Source: an uncultured Candidatus Saccharibacteria bacterium
GTDB lineage: Bacteria; Patescibacteriota; Saccharimonadia; Saccharimonadales; EFPC-124
DNA length: 64,000 nt
NCBI GenBank assembly: GCA_964550035.1
Contig: CAZJVU010000003.1
Coordinates: 65,383 to 129,382, forward strand
Reading direction: 5' to 3'
Position 1 is the first letter of the stretch; each line of letters opens with the position of its first letter. Position numbers and translations under genes: made by a program. The notes under the pieces are model-generated. The model ran no database searches, was not told the origin of the DNA, and saw nothing but the letters and a program-made list of their open reading frames with translations. Shown here piece after piece: positions 45,273-54,752 of the stretch.

Positions 45273-45896
45273 GTGCACATCACCAAGAAGTTCCTGGCAG
45301 CCCTGGTTGTCGCCGTCGCCATCATCAGTGCCGTGGTGGGCGGCGGGATGGCGCTCCTCTTCGGAGGCAGCGCCACCCCGACCGCTTCCGCTCCGGTCAC
45401 CGTGACCGTGACGGCGGCACCGGCCACCGCCACGCCGCCGGCCAACCAGCCCAAGGTCATGAAGGCCGTGGACAACGGTCCGGCGGCCGAGCTCGTGCCC
45501 GACAGCAAGGGTGACACCTGGGACGCCAGCTACCGCTGCAAGGAAGGCTTCGTGCCCGTCCAGGTCGCCGTCGGCAAGACGACGCAGAAGGACGGCGCCA
45601 CGCTCAGCCTGACGGAGGAGCGCCACCGCGACTACGGCTACGCAACGTACAACACCGACCAGATCAGCGTGACCCTCCACGTCAAGCTGGACAACTACGT
45701 GTACGCGCCGACGCTGATCATCAACACCGGGGCGCACGGCGCACAGCCGTACCTGTACCCGCAGCACCTGTTCCAGGCCTCGCTGCAGCCGGGCGGGGCC
45801 AACGACTACAACTTCTTCACCCTGGCCTACACCCCTGCCCACTACGAGGACGACGGCATCACCGACGTCACCGTGTGCACGCACTCCACCAACTGA
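45273..45896 (+). CDS. Membrane-anchored exported protein (GC-rich orphan)
   Basis: GTG start after GGAGGAA; N-terminal TM, Pro/Thr/Ala linker, ~150-aa C-terminal domain. Confidence 0.6.
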   Translation: MHITKKFLAALVVAVAIISAVVGGGMALLFGGSATPTASAPVTVTVTAAPATATPPANQPKVMKAVDNGPAAELVPDSKGDTWDASYRCKEGFVPVQVAVGKTTQKDGATLSLTEERHRDYGYATYNTDQISVTLHVKLDNYVYAPTLIINTGAHGAQPYLYPQHLFQASLQPGGANDYNFFTLAYTPAHYEDDGITDVTVCTHSTN

Positions 45897-46015
45897 CCCT
45901 TCGATCTCCACGTCACGGCGAGCCCGCGCTCCGCGCGCGGGCCGCCAGTGGACCCTATCGCTCAAAGCAATTTGAGCCATGAGGTCCGCTCAATACAAAC
46001 TGCTACAATAAGCTC

Positions 46016-46687
46016 ATGATCAAGCTGATTATCTTTGATTGGGACGATGTCTTCACGCAAAACTCTATCGCTGGCTACTACGCCTGCTACCGCGAAGCGC
46101 TGAAGGGTGTCGGCATCTCGCTCGGCACCGAGGAGGAAGACAAACGCATCAAGGCAAAGTGGGGCGCTGGCCATCGCGAGCAGCTCATCTATCTGCTGAA
46201 GGAACGCCCCGAACTTATCGACAAAGCAATCAAAATCTACGAAGAACATTTCTTTGGCAACACATTCGTTGACCGCCTTACCATTATTCCCGGTGCGCAA
46301 GAACTGCTGAAAAGCCTCGCCAAGAAATACACGCTCACTGTCGCGACCGGCGGTCACCCGCGCATTATAAAAGACCGCTTGTTTCCCAAATTCAACATCC
46401 CCGATGTCTTCGCGCAGGTCCTAACCATCTATGATATCGACGACCTAGCACATGCCAAGCCGCACCCTTACATGGCCAACAAAATCCTCGAAACGCAGCA
46501 TATCCAACCAACTGAAGCAGTGCTTGTCGGCGACGCCGCAAGCGACATGCAAATGGCCTGGAACGCTGGCGTCGAACCGATCGCCGTGCTCACAGGCCAC
46601 CTAGACCGCGCCCAGGCCGAAGCATTGGGCGTGAACCATATTATCGAGAACGTCACCCTCCTCGAGACAGAACTCGAGAAGTTCTAG
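46016..46687 (+). CDS. HAD-family hydrolase
   Basis: Motif I IIFDWDDVF; GDAASDMQMAWNAG (motif IV). Confidence 0.85.
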   Translation: MIKLIIFDWDDVFTQNSIAGYYACYREALKGVGISLGTEEEDKRIKAKWGAGHREQLIYLLKERPELIDKAIKIYEEHFFGNTFVDRLTIIPGAQELLKSLAKKYTLTVATGGHPRIIKDRLFPKFNIPDVFAQVLTIYDIDDLAHAKPHPYMANKILETQHIQPTEAVLVGDAASDMQMAWNAGVEPIAVLTGHLDRAQAEALGVNHIIENVTLLETELEKF

Positions 46688-46690
46688 TAC

Positions 46691-47197
46691 TTATTTTTCT
46701 GCGTTGAGCTCAGGATAAAGCGGCTCAACTTCGCCGAAGTAGCTATCGAAGTCAGGCATCTCTTCGCCCGCAACATAGGCGACAAGCCGGTCTAGAACCA
46801 CATGTGTGCCTGGCGCAAACCCAACGCTCGAAGGCAATCCTGTCTGCGTAAATCGCAGCTCCGTACCACCATCCTTCGGTGCCACTGTCCAGGTAACAAT
46901 CGTGTTGGCGCCGCCAGGCATGTACTCATGCGTTGGGTGGTTGTGCTCGTACTTAAACTCTTTTTCTGGCTCCCACGCCAAGATTTTGCCGCTCCAGTCG
47001 AACGGCCCAGAGTGGACGGTAAAGGTGCCTCCCTGCTGCGGGTCAATGTCGACCGTGGCGTTGTACCATGTGCCGAACGCGCCTGGGCTTGTTAGCGCGC
47101 GCCACACATCGCTTGGTTGCTGTGGCAGTTGTCTTGTGAAGTCGAGTTTTACGCCGTCTTGCTCGAGGGTGACGGTACCTGATTGGGTTTTGGCCAT
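46691..47197 (-). CDS. SRPBCC/AHSA1-domain protein
   Basis: 168 aa; PSDVWRALTSPGAFGTWY pattern typical of the AHSA1/START-like fold. Confidence 0.72.
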   Translation of the reverse strand: MAKTQSGTVTLEQDGVKLDFTRQLPQQPSDVWRALTSPGAFGTWYNATVDIDPQQGGTFTVHSGPFDWSGKILAWEPEKEFKYEHNHPTHEYMPGGANTIVTWTVAPKDGGTELRFTQTGLPSSVGFAPGTHVVLDRLVAYVAGEEMPDFDSYFGEVEPLYPELNAEK

Positions 47198-47309
47198 GAT
47201 GGAATTCCTTTTTAGGTTCCTCTATTATACTGTAACTTGCCGTAACCCATATTTTAGTATATTATAACTTTCAGTCGCCACACGCTGGCACAGATACGAA
47301 GGAGTGGTT

Positions 47310-48197
47310 ATGGGTTCAGACCTACCCCCATTCGATGTAGCGTACAAAACGCTCTGCGCTCACGGCGCGCACATCGAACCGGAACATCGCAGAATTGTGC
47401 GGCTCAATGGCATCGCCGCGCGCGACGGAAATCGCATACTGCCCGTCCTTGTCGACACCTTCGCGATGCAGGGAGTCGGCCAGCTGTATGCCGGCGAAGA
47501 GATGCGAATTCTCCTCAACCGGCAGATGGCTGTTGGATCGAACAGCCTCACCGCCTTCGATTGCATGCTCGGCAAAGCCTACAGCAACAGAAACCGGCTT
47601 CTGATCGGATTCTCCGGTTATGGCACCGCCGGCCGCCCTTACGACGTCGAGGCCCAGGCCATGCAGGCAGTTCTGGCACGTCTGCGTCAGATAGGCCAGG
47701 TGCCGTCGCTGATCGTAGACGGCGGCGTGAGCGATGGCGTGCCCGGCCTCAGCGGTCTGCTCGCCAAACGAGCCGGCGTCTCCAGCCTGGGGTTCGTCCC
47801 TAAGTCTGGGCTCGACGCGATCGGTCCGCGCGATCACCTGGTTGTTCGCAAGAGCACATTCCAGGAGCGTGAACGGCTGGTCGGTTTGGCACCCGACGCG
47901 ATCATATGTCTGAACGGCCACGATGCGACGGTGCGTGAATGCGTGGCGGCGGGTGAGGCCGGTAGTGTCATCCTCTTGTTGGCTTTCCGCAGCAGCTACG
48001 ATCACAGGTCGTTCGCTGGCAGGTACGAAACGCTGTCGAAGCTTCGGAAAACCATGAGCGAGAGACGCCTGCGGGTCTGCCGTGACCCCAAGAATCTCCT
48101 GGCCGACGTTCGGTGGATGGTCCAGACTGCACTCGAGGCGAGCGTGCCCAATCGCCGCTCGCGCCAGCGGACGATCAACACCATTCTGGCCACCTGA
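47310..48197 (+). CDS. LOG/SLOG-superfamily Rossmann protein with N-terminal extension (GC-rich)
   Basis: LIGFSGYGTAG...SLIVDGGVSDGVPGLSGLLAKRAGVSSLGFVP...AIICLNGHDATVRE, co-linear with LOG/DprA-type motifs; AAGGAG SD before ATG 47310. Confidence 0.6.
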   Translation: MGSDLPPFDVAYKTLCAHGAHIEPEHRRIVRLNGIAARDGNRILPVLVDTFAMQGVGQLYAGEEMRILLNRQMAVGSNSLTAFDCMLGKAYSNRNRLLIGFSGYGTAGRPYDVEAQAMQAVLARLRQIGQVPSLIVDGGVSDGVPGLSGLLAKRAGVSSLGFVPKSGLDAIGPRDHLVVRKSTFQERERLVGLAPDAIICLNGHDATVRECVAAGEAGSVILLLAFRSSYDHRSFAGRYETLSKLRKTMSERRLRVCRDPKNLLADVRWMVQTALEASVPNRRSRQRTINTILAT

Positions 48198-48342
48198 CGG
48201 TGAGGCCGCTCCGCGCGCAGCAACCCTGCGTTAGTGGAGCGGCCCGCCGCAAAAAGTATGACATTATATATAAGTTCAGTTTTTCGCGCGGGCGCGGGCT
48301 CTCCATCCGGAAAGCCCGCGCCGTCGCGCTTCTCGAAGCCAG

Positions 48343-49596
48343 CTAGCAGTGCTGGAGTCCCAGACTCCGCGACCCCGGCGTGACGTAGACGAAGCTGATG
48401 TAGCCCGTCTGCCCGCCCCTCTGACCCTTGAGCCAGCGGTCGGTGTCGATGCGGTTGGGGTTGTTGTCGTCGACCGACGTGTTGCGGTTCTCGTTGGTCA
48501 TCCCGGCGCCGGTGTCCCAGCACAAGGCCGTGAACGTGTCACCGCTCCACATATCGGTCCCGCCGAGTTTGCAGCCATTGCTCGCGCAGTACGGCTGCAT
48601 GCTCGTCGAGAGGTACGACGGAGTAGAGTCCTCGCCCAGCCCACTGGCGCCTTCCAGGTGCATGTTCTGCACCGTCGCCACCGCGGTCTGCGGCGGGGGC
48701 GGCTGCGGGTTGGAGTGACCACCGTTGTTGCTGGTCCCGCCGCTGTGCCCGGTGTTGCCGGTCGGGGGCGGGGGCGGCGCCTGAGTGGTCGGCTTCGGCG
48801 GTGCCGGCGGCGTGTAGGCGTTGATGGTGAAGTCACGCGCCCCACTCTTCAACGACTCGTGGTCGCCCGTGACCGAGTGCCGCCACTTGGCGGTCTCGAA
48901 CATCTGGACGATGGCCTTGGGCAGGTCCTTGGCCAGACCCTTGAAGGCTGCGCGGCCGATGGCGAACAGGATGTTCCGGTCCACCAGCAGCACACAGCCC
49001 ACGTCACCCCATGTCTTGTTGCGATCGAGACACCGGATGTACTCATCCCCGACCTTGGCGATCTCGCTGAGGAACTCGGCCACGGTCTTGGACTTGTCGG
49101 CGCCACCACCGAGGGGAATGTAGCGCCAGACGACCTCACCGAGGAAGTACAGCCGCTGCGTGTCGTTGTCCGCCTCGGTGACGTGCACCTTGACCTGGCT
49201 GTTACCGATCGGCGTCCGCAGGTAGTAGCCCGGGGGGACCACGCCACTGCGGAAGTCCGGCCCGTTGATCTGCGGCTGCGAACCGAAGTCACCCGGCCGG
49301 ATGAACGCCAGCATCTGCGACGCCCCGATGTCGCCCTGCGGCGACCGCGCCGGTGTACCGACACCATCACCCGAGAGCGTGACCGCCACCGGAATGCTCG
49401 TGTCGTTGAGCAGGTGCAGCGTCTTGCCGTCGAAGCAGGCCTTGATCGGCAGGTCGCCAGGGATGCTCACGCGGCTGTTGTCTTCCGCGCACATCCCTTT
49501 GTCTTCACCGGCCCATGCCGGGACGGCCACACCACCGACCAGCGCGATGAACGCCAGTACGAGAGTGAACGCCGAACGCGTTACTTTGCTGCGCAT
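48343..49596 (-). CDS. Secreted protein, two domains joined by a Pro-rich linker (GC-rich)
   Basis: Signal peptide ...VPAWA|GE; PPAPPKPTTQAPPPPPTGN...PQPPPPQ linker; Cys-containing C-terminal ~110 aa; no family recognised. Confidence 0.65.
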   Translation of the reverse strand: MRSKVTRSAFTLVLAFIALVGGVAVPAWAGEDKGMCAEDNSRVSIPGDLPIKACFDGKTLHLLNDTSIPVAVTLSGDGVGTPARSPQGDIGASQMLAFIRPGDFGSQPQINGPDFRSGVVPPGYYLRTPIGNSQVKVHVTEADNDTQRLYFLGEVVWRYIPLGGGADKSKTVAEFLSEIAKVGDEYIRCLDRNKTWGDVGCVLLVDRNILFAIGRAAFKGLAKDLPKAIVQMFETAKWRHSVTGDHESLKSGARDFTINAYTPPAPPKPTTQAPPPPPTGNTGHSGGTSNNGGHSNPQPPPPQTAVATVQNMHLEGASGLGEDSTPSYLSTSMQPYCASNGCKLGGTDMWSGDTFTALCWDTGAGMTNENRNTSVDDNNPNRIDTDRWLKGQRGGQTGYISFVYVTPGSRSLGLQHC

Positions 49597-50015
49597 GTGT
49601 TGTCCACTACCTTCCCGAGGGATTCGAACGTACTACCGAAACCGTTGGCCTCGTCGTCGCTGAGTTGCGTGCTGGAGGCCACCTTGTCGAGCGCCGATGC
49701 GCCGTTGGACAGCATGGTCTTCGTGTCGGCCGGAACCGACGCGTCGCCAGCAGCCCCACGGAGCTGTGCCGCCGCCTGCATGATGATGGTCTTGTCGTCG
49801 TTCGTGGCGGTGCCCGACACCGCGTTGGTCACGGCGTTGGTCAGCCCATCGGGCAGCTTGATCAGCTGCTGACAGTAACCGGGCGCACCCTCTCGGAGGG
49901 ACACAGCCGAATCGTCGCTGCACGCGGCCGTGGGCAGGATCGTCGCAACCGCCACAGCCAAAACGACCATGGAGCGACTGCACGAAGTGAACCTCAAGGT
50001 TACCCAACTCCTCAC
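49581..50015 (-). CDS. Lipoprotein, helical (GC-rich); start uncertain (TTG 49997 likely)
   Basis: Lipobox ILPTAAC|S; 16-nt overlap with the downstream secreted-protein gene. Confidence 0.6.
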   Translation of the reverse strand: MRSWVTLRFTSCSRSMVVLAVAVATILPTAACSDDSAVSLREGAPGYCQQLIKLPDGLTNAVTNAVSGTATNDDKTIIMQAAAQLRGAAGDASVPADTKTMLSNGASALDKVASSTQLSDDEANGFGSTFESLGKVVDNTCAAK

Positions 50016-50218
50016 TTAAACTGCAAGCCCCGAATTGCACGGGGCTCTTATCCTAACTTGGCTTCCAATAAATATACTACAGAAACAGCTTCGTCACAAT
50101 TTTGCAAATAATTTCATGGACTGAGGCCCCCTCCGGGTGGAGGGGGCCGTTCGCGCACACAGTCCTCAGTGGCTTCTGTCTTTAGAGCCTCCTCGACATA
50201 GATGGTCCGGCTGATTGG

Positions 50219-52549
50219 TTAACCAGCCGGTTGTCCTGTTCCTTCGCCGGTTGCCGACGGTGGAGCGACCGTACCGGTGATCGGCCCGCCCGATTGCTCG
50301 GGAGGAGGTGTGCTCCGCGTCGGCGGGGACGTCGTCGCGGTGTGCGACGGCTTGGGCTTCACAGCCTTCGTCGTCGTGGGCGTCGGCGTCTCCGTTTCGG
50401 GAGTCGTCTCCGGCGCTGGCGGCGGCTGCTCGGTGGTCTTCGGTGCCGGCGGTGGGTCTTGTTTCAGACCCACTTTCTTGCCCGAGTCCAGGTCTGCCTT
50501 CGGGAAACTGACCGAAGGCGTTCCTTTGAGCTTGGCTGCGAAGACCCCCTGGCAGACGCGACCCGTATCGGCACCCGAACCGCTGGGATTCTTGCCTTCC
50601 CAGACGGTACAGACGTATGCCGGCGCGTCCGGGACGTCCGGATTGACGGCGTTGAACGCTGTCATCCAAGTGTCGCCCTGCTGCGTCTTCTCGTCACCGT
50701 CGGTCGTACCCGTCTTGCCGGCCAGCTCATGCTCGGGGACCTGGTCGTGAACCGCGGTACCGTGCGTGAAGACACCAGTCATGGCCTGGGCGACGACACG
50801 CGCGGTGTCTTCGTCCATGGCGTCACTGGATTCGTCTTCGTGCTCGAAGACGCGGTCGCCATCCGACAGCGTGATCGCGTCGATGATGTGCGGCTTGTGG
50901 TACGTTCCGCCGTTGGCGATCGTGGCAGTCATCACCGCCAGCTTCAGCGGCGACAGTTCGACAGAACCACCGATGGCGAGTCGCGGCTCGACGCTGAGCT
51001 TGGCCGGCGCGTTCTTGCCCGGGACCGGACTGGAGTCGGCACCCGCCTTCTTCAGCAGACTGGCCACGCTCTTGGGTGTGACCGAGTAGCCGCTGATGTC
51101 GGCCAGCGACTTGCGATCATCGCAGTTCGCCATCTTGCCAGTTGCTGCCTCGACGTAGACAACGTTGTTGCTCGCCGCCAACGCATCGGCCAGGGTCATC
51201 TTGCACCCCGGCGCATCCGCTCTTGTGTGGTCCCAGATCGGCGGTCCGTCGATCTGGATGTACTTGGGAGCGGCGAACGTCGAGTTCGGCGAAACGCCCT
51301 TGCCGACCGCATCGGCCAGCACGAACGGTTTCATCGTCGAACCCGGCGGCCTGGAGGCGTACATGGCATAGTTGTTCGCGTCAGCACCGTAATTGATGCC
51401 ACCGCTCATGCCGAGCACGCCGCCGTCGCGGGGGTTGAGGATGACCGCGCCCGAAGGACGCCCACCGCGGATTTCTCTTTGGTGAGCCTTGACCAACGCG
51501 TCCTGCACACTGGGATCGATGGAGAGCTGAATCTTCAGCCCACCTCGCGCCAACATGCTGTCCACGGTGGTCGCACCCTGTTCGGCTGCGTCCGATTCCT
51601 TCAGCCCATCATTGTCGATGGCCAGCTGGGTCTGCCACGCGGCCATCCAGTCGCGGATGTAGTGCATCAGGTACGGATCGCCGTCGCCCTTCTGGGGCTG
51701 CTTGATGGTATCCGTCAGCTTGAGCGGCAGAAGCGCCTTGGCCCTGTTCACGACGTCTTCCGACACCATGTTCGGGACGCCCTCGAGATCGCGGTAGCCG
51801 TCGAGCACGTACTTCACGCGATCGTTCAGCGCGTCGGCATTGACCAGGTTGCTTGGCCGGCCCTCGTACTTCGAGAACGCGCCCGGTCGCTGAACCAACG
51901 CCGCCAGGAACGCCGCTCGGGCGACCTGTAACGGGTCGTTGATGTCAGTGAGTGTCGTCGCCGACACGCCGAACCACGTCTGCGCCGCGTCCTCGACGCC
52001 GTACGCACCCCGACCGTAGTAGTTGGAGTTGACGTACTTCGTCAAGATCTGGTCTTTGGAGAAATCCTTCTCCAACCGGTACGCGTAGATCCACTCGTTG
52101 ACCTTGCGGCTCGCGGTCTTCGACTGGGTCAAGTACGCGTTCTTGACGTACTGCTGGGAGATGGTGCTCCCACCAGACGCCCACGACCCGGTCCGAGCGT
52201 CCACCAGGACTGCTCGAGCCGTTCCCAGCAGCGAGACCGCTTCGTGGTCGTAGAAGCTACGATCCTCCGCGGCCATGTGCGCCTGCCGGATGAGCGGCGA
52301 GACCTGCTTGTCGTCGAGCTGTTTGCCGCTGGCGGTGCTGGGGATGTGCCCCAGCTCGGTCTTGCCATCTGCAGCAAGCACGACCGTCGGCTGACCGACG
52401 GTGTATGCCGGCAGTTCGGTGTGGTCCGCCTGGTACTTGACGTACACCAGGAATCCACCGGCGCAGAGCGCACCGATGAGGGCGAAAATCAGCCCCACCT
52501 TTATCACGCGGGCTCGGAAACTGGGTTTCCCTTTCCTTGCTTGCGCCAC
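50219..52549 (-). CDS. Class A penicillin-binding protein (transglycosylase/transpeptidase) with Pro-rich C-terminal tail
   Basis: GT51 motifs AAEDRSFYDHEA and GGSTISQQ. TPase motifs STMK, SNN, KTGT. GTG 52549 preceded by AAGGAG. C-terminal PPPAPKTTEQPPPAPETTPETETP. Confidence 0.9.
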   Translation of the reverse strand: MAQARKGKPSFRARVIKVGLIFALIGALCAGGFLVYVKYQADHTELPAYTVGQPTVVLAADGKTELGHIPSTASGKQLDDKQVSPLIRQAHMAAEDRSFYDHEAVSLLGTARAVLVDARTGSWASGGSTISQQYVKNAYLTQSKTASRKVNEWIYAYRLEKDFSKDQILTKYVNSNYYGRGAYGVEDAAQTWFGVSATTLTDINDPLQVARAAFLAALVQRPGAFSKYEGRPSNLVNADALNDRVKYVLDGYRDLEGVPNMVSEDVVNRAKALLPLKLTDTIKQPQKGDGDPYLMHYIRDWMAAWQTQLAIDNDGLKESDAAEQGATTVDSMLARGGLKIQLSIDPSVQDALVKAHQREIRGGRPSGAVILNPRDGGVLGMSGGINYGADANNYAMYASRPPGSTMKPFVLADAVGKGVSPNSTFAAPKYIQIDGPPIWDHTRADAPGCKMTLADALAASNNVVYVEAATGKMANCDDRKSLADISGYSVTPKSVASLLKKAGADSSPVPGKNAPAKLSVEPRLAIGGSVELSPLKLAVMTATIANGGTYHKPHIIDAITLSDGDRVFEHEDESSDAMDEDTARVVAQAMTGVFTHGTAVHDQVPEHELAGKTGTTDGDEKTQQGDTWMTAFNAVNPDVPDAPAYVCTVWEGKNPSGSGADTGRVCQGVFAAKLKGTPSVSFPKADLDSGKKVGLKQDPPPAPKTTEQPPPAPETTPETETPTPTTTKAVKPKPSHTATTSPPTRSTPPPEQSGGPITGTVAPPSATGEGTGQPAG

Positions 52550-52662
52550 CTCAATGCTCCTTAGGCACCTCGAAATGGACAATCATCTATGTTAAATGAC
52601 TCGTATGCGCTCGCTATACTATAACATATATTTAACAGATGTCACGATATATCGTACAATGC

Positions 52663-52690
52663 TTGACATATTCGGTTTACACACTATAAT
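52663..52690 (+). promoter_or_regulatory. Near-consensus sigma70 promoter for 52775-53320
   Basis: TTGACA-16 nt-TATAAT; the ATG at 52691 abuts the -10 box, so it is unlikely to be in the transcript. Confidence 0.65.
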
Positions 52691-52774
52691 ATGTCTCAGC
52701 GTCGTGCTCCCTCGTGGGAGCATTTTTCGTGCAGTTGCACGGCCAACGCGCACCGTTTCGAACTTGGAGGCACA

Positions 52775-53320
52775 ATGCGTATCCGGATCGTCATCATCTC
52801 CGCAGCTCTGGCGTTCGCGTCGCTCACCGCGTGCGGTTCCGAGGACGACACGACTCCGTCGCCGGTGAACGCACCGTCGGCTCAGAACAGCGCACCCACG
52901 GACAACGACCTGTCGTTCAACCCCTGTGCGCTGATCAACGCCGCCGACGTGTCGAACGCCGCGGGCGGGGTATTCACTCTGGTGAAAGACGACAACCCGC
53001 CGGTCATGGGGCCGTTCTCGGAGCGCGCCTGCGCCTACACCAGCCCCGATGGTCGCGACGCGATAGTCCGGACGTTGCTGGACGACGCACCGGGCGGCAC
53101 CGTCTGGAAGAACAGCGTCATCGGCGGCAAAAACAGCAGCAGGGAGGGCGCCTACAAGCCGCTCCCCACGGTGGGCGACGAAGCATTCTTCGGCCCCGCC
53201 GGCACGGTGACGGTTCGCAAGGCCTACCTCGTGGTCATCATCGACATGAGCGGCGGGACGCAGGACACGAAGGAGTCGCTGCGAATGCTCGCCACGACAG
53301 CGATTTCGCGCGTCGGCTGA
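52775..53320 (+). CDS. DUF3558-like lipoprotein (GC-rich)
   Basis: MRIRIVIISAALAFASLTAC|G lipobox; FNPCALI... pattern as in actinobacterial DUF3558 lipoproteins; GGAGG SD. Confidence 0.65.
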   Translation: MRIRIVIISAALAFASLTACGSEDDTTPSPVNAPSAQNSAPTDNDLSFNPCALINAADVSNAAGGVFTLVKDDNPPVMGPFSERACAYTSPDGRDAIVRTLLDDAPGGTVWKNSVIGGKNSSREGAYKPLPTVGDEAFFGPAGTVTVRKAYLVVIIDMSGGTQDTKESLRMLATTAISRVG

Positions 53321-53391
53321 ACAGGCTTCGCCACGACCACGTGCGGGGAGCGGCTCCACTCCGGAGCCCTCCTCGCACAACCGAATTGCAC

Positions 53392-53928
53392 TTATTTTTT
53401 GGAAAGCTCTGACAGCTTGCGGCGAAAATCTTTCTGATTGAATCGTCCCGGATAGTCTACCAGTTCATGATTCAACACCGTAAAACCTGCGTCGCGGAGT
53501 GGCTGCGCGGCAACGTCAAAGACGTTTGACTTGATCAGAATAATCTTCGTATCTGGCTCAGCCAATTGTCGTACGCGCTCGAGCAGTTGTGGCAGCGCGG
53601 CGCGGATTCGCTCTTGGCGCTGATGCTTGGTTACTTCGTGTTCCTGTGAGTTTTCGAGCGCCTCGATCATGTACCACCCGTCTGCCTTGAAGCGATTTAA
53701 CCATCCGATCTTGTCCTGCTCGAGCTCGGACTCGGGCCGCTCGATAGCCTCGGGGTACAGCGCGCGAATGGTGTTCGTAAACAGCCGATCGTCTTTGCGC
53801 TCGCGGTCAGTGTAATAGAACTGCCGGCTGCTCTGCACTTCCGCTGCGGGCGGTGGTGATTCGGCGATCATGAGGAACTTGATATGCTCTGGCTTGTACT
53901 TCTTTCTCTCGTCGTCGTATGAACTCAT
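53392..53928 (-). CDS. Hypothetical protein, possibly uracil-DNA-glycosylase-superfamily fold
   Basis: 178 aa from ATG 53928; IKFLMIAESPPP...FYY...LF.N layout resembles the UDG-like motif order; weak. Confidence 0.5.
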   Translation of the reverse strand: MSSYDDERKKYKPEHIKFLMIAESPPPAAEVQSSRQFYYTDRERKDDRLFTNTIRALYPEAIERPESELEQDKIGWLNRFKADGWYMIEALENSQEHEVTKHQRQERIRAALPQLLERVRQLAEPDTKIILIKSNVFDVAAQPLRDAGFTVLNHELVDYPGRFNQKDFRRKLSELSKK

Positions 53929-53978
53929 AGCTATATAGTACCTCGCTTTGCAATTGCTGTTTGTAGTACCATAAGCAT

Positions 53979-54746
53979 ATGCGTGCAATTTGGAATGGAT
54001 CAATCAGCTTCGGACTCGTCAGTATTCCCGTCAGACTTTACAGTGGTAGCAATTCGCGGGCCGGTATCGACCTCGATATGCTTCACAAGGAAGACCACTC
54101 GCCGATTCGCTTTGCGCGGATTTGCCGCAAGGACGGCGAGGAAGTGCCTTGGGACGACATCGTGAAGGGGTACGAATACCGCGACGGCGACTACATCGTG
54201 CTGAGCCAGAAGGAACTCGACGAGCTCGATGCCAAGAAATCCCAGACCATCGATATCCTCCAATTCGTCAATGAAGACGACATCGACATCCGCTACTTCG
54301 AAAAACCATACTACCTCGAGTCCGACAAGGGCGGTGACAAAGCTTACGCGCTCCTGCGTGCAGCATTGAAGAAATCCGGCAAGCTAGCCCTCGCCCGATT
54401 TGCCATGCACGAGCACGCGCACATTGCGGTTATTAAACCCGTTGGCCGCGCGCTGGTGCTGAACCAAATGCGTTATCCTTCTGACCTTCGTGAGCCGGGC
54501 GAGCTGCACTTGCCAACCGAGAAAGAACTCTCTGAGAAGGAAATCGACATGGCGCTCAAACTCGTCAAGCAAGAGACCAAACCATTCATTCCCGAAGACC
54601 TGCGCGACACCTACACCGAAGAGCTCGAGGAACTCATCAAGGACAAAGCTAAAGGCAAGAAGCTCCCTAAAGGTCATGAATCCAAGGGCGCTTCCGGCAA
54701 CGCCAAAGACCTGATGAGCGCGCTCAAAGCCAGTTTAAAGGAGTAG
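53979..54746 (+). CDS. ku: Ku protein (NHEJ DNA end-binding)
   Basis: MRAIWNGSISFGLVSIPVRLYS...; Lys-rich C-terminal tail. Confidence 0.93.
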   Translation: MRAIWNGSISFGLVSIPVRLYSGSNSRAGIDLDMLHKEDHSPIRFARICRKDGEEVPWDDIVKGYEYRDGDYIVLSQKELDELDAKKSQTIDILQFVNEDDIDIRYFEKPYYLESDKGGDKAYALLRAALKKSGKLALARFAMHEHAHIAVIKPVGRALVLNQMRYPSDLREPGELHLPTEKELSEKEIDMALKLVKQETKPFIPEDLRDTYTEELEELIKDKAKGKKLPKGHESKGASGNAKDLMSALKASLKE

Positions 54747-54752
54747 CTGCCT

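Noticed and set aside
48349-49872. 507-aa plus-strand ORF, plus similar long ORFs at 50231-51931, 45126-45980, 52619-53380, 35659-36291, 33892-34695, 19388-19975 and 39923-40393
   Set aside because: All lie antisense to or shadow better-supported genes in GC-rich segments. They are Arg/Gly/Ala/Pro-rich with no motifs and no RBS. Such stop-poor alternative frames are typical artefacts of high-GC DNA.
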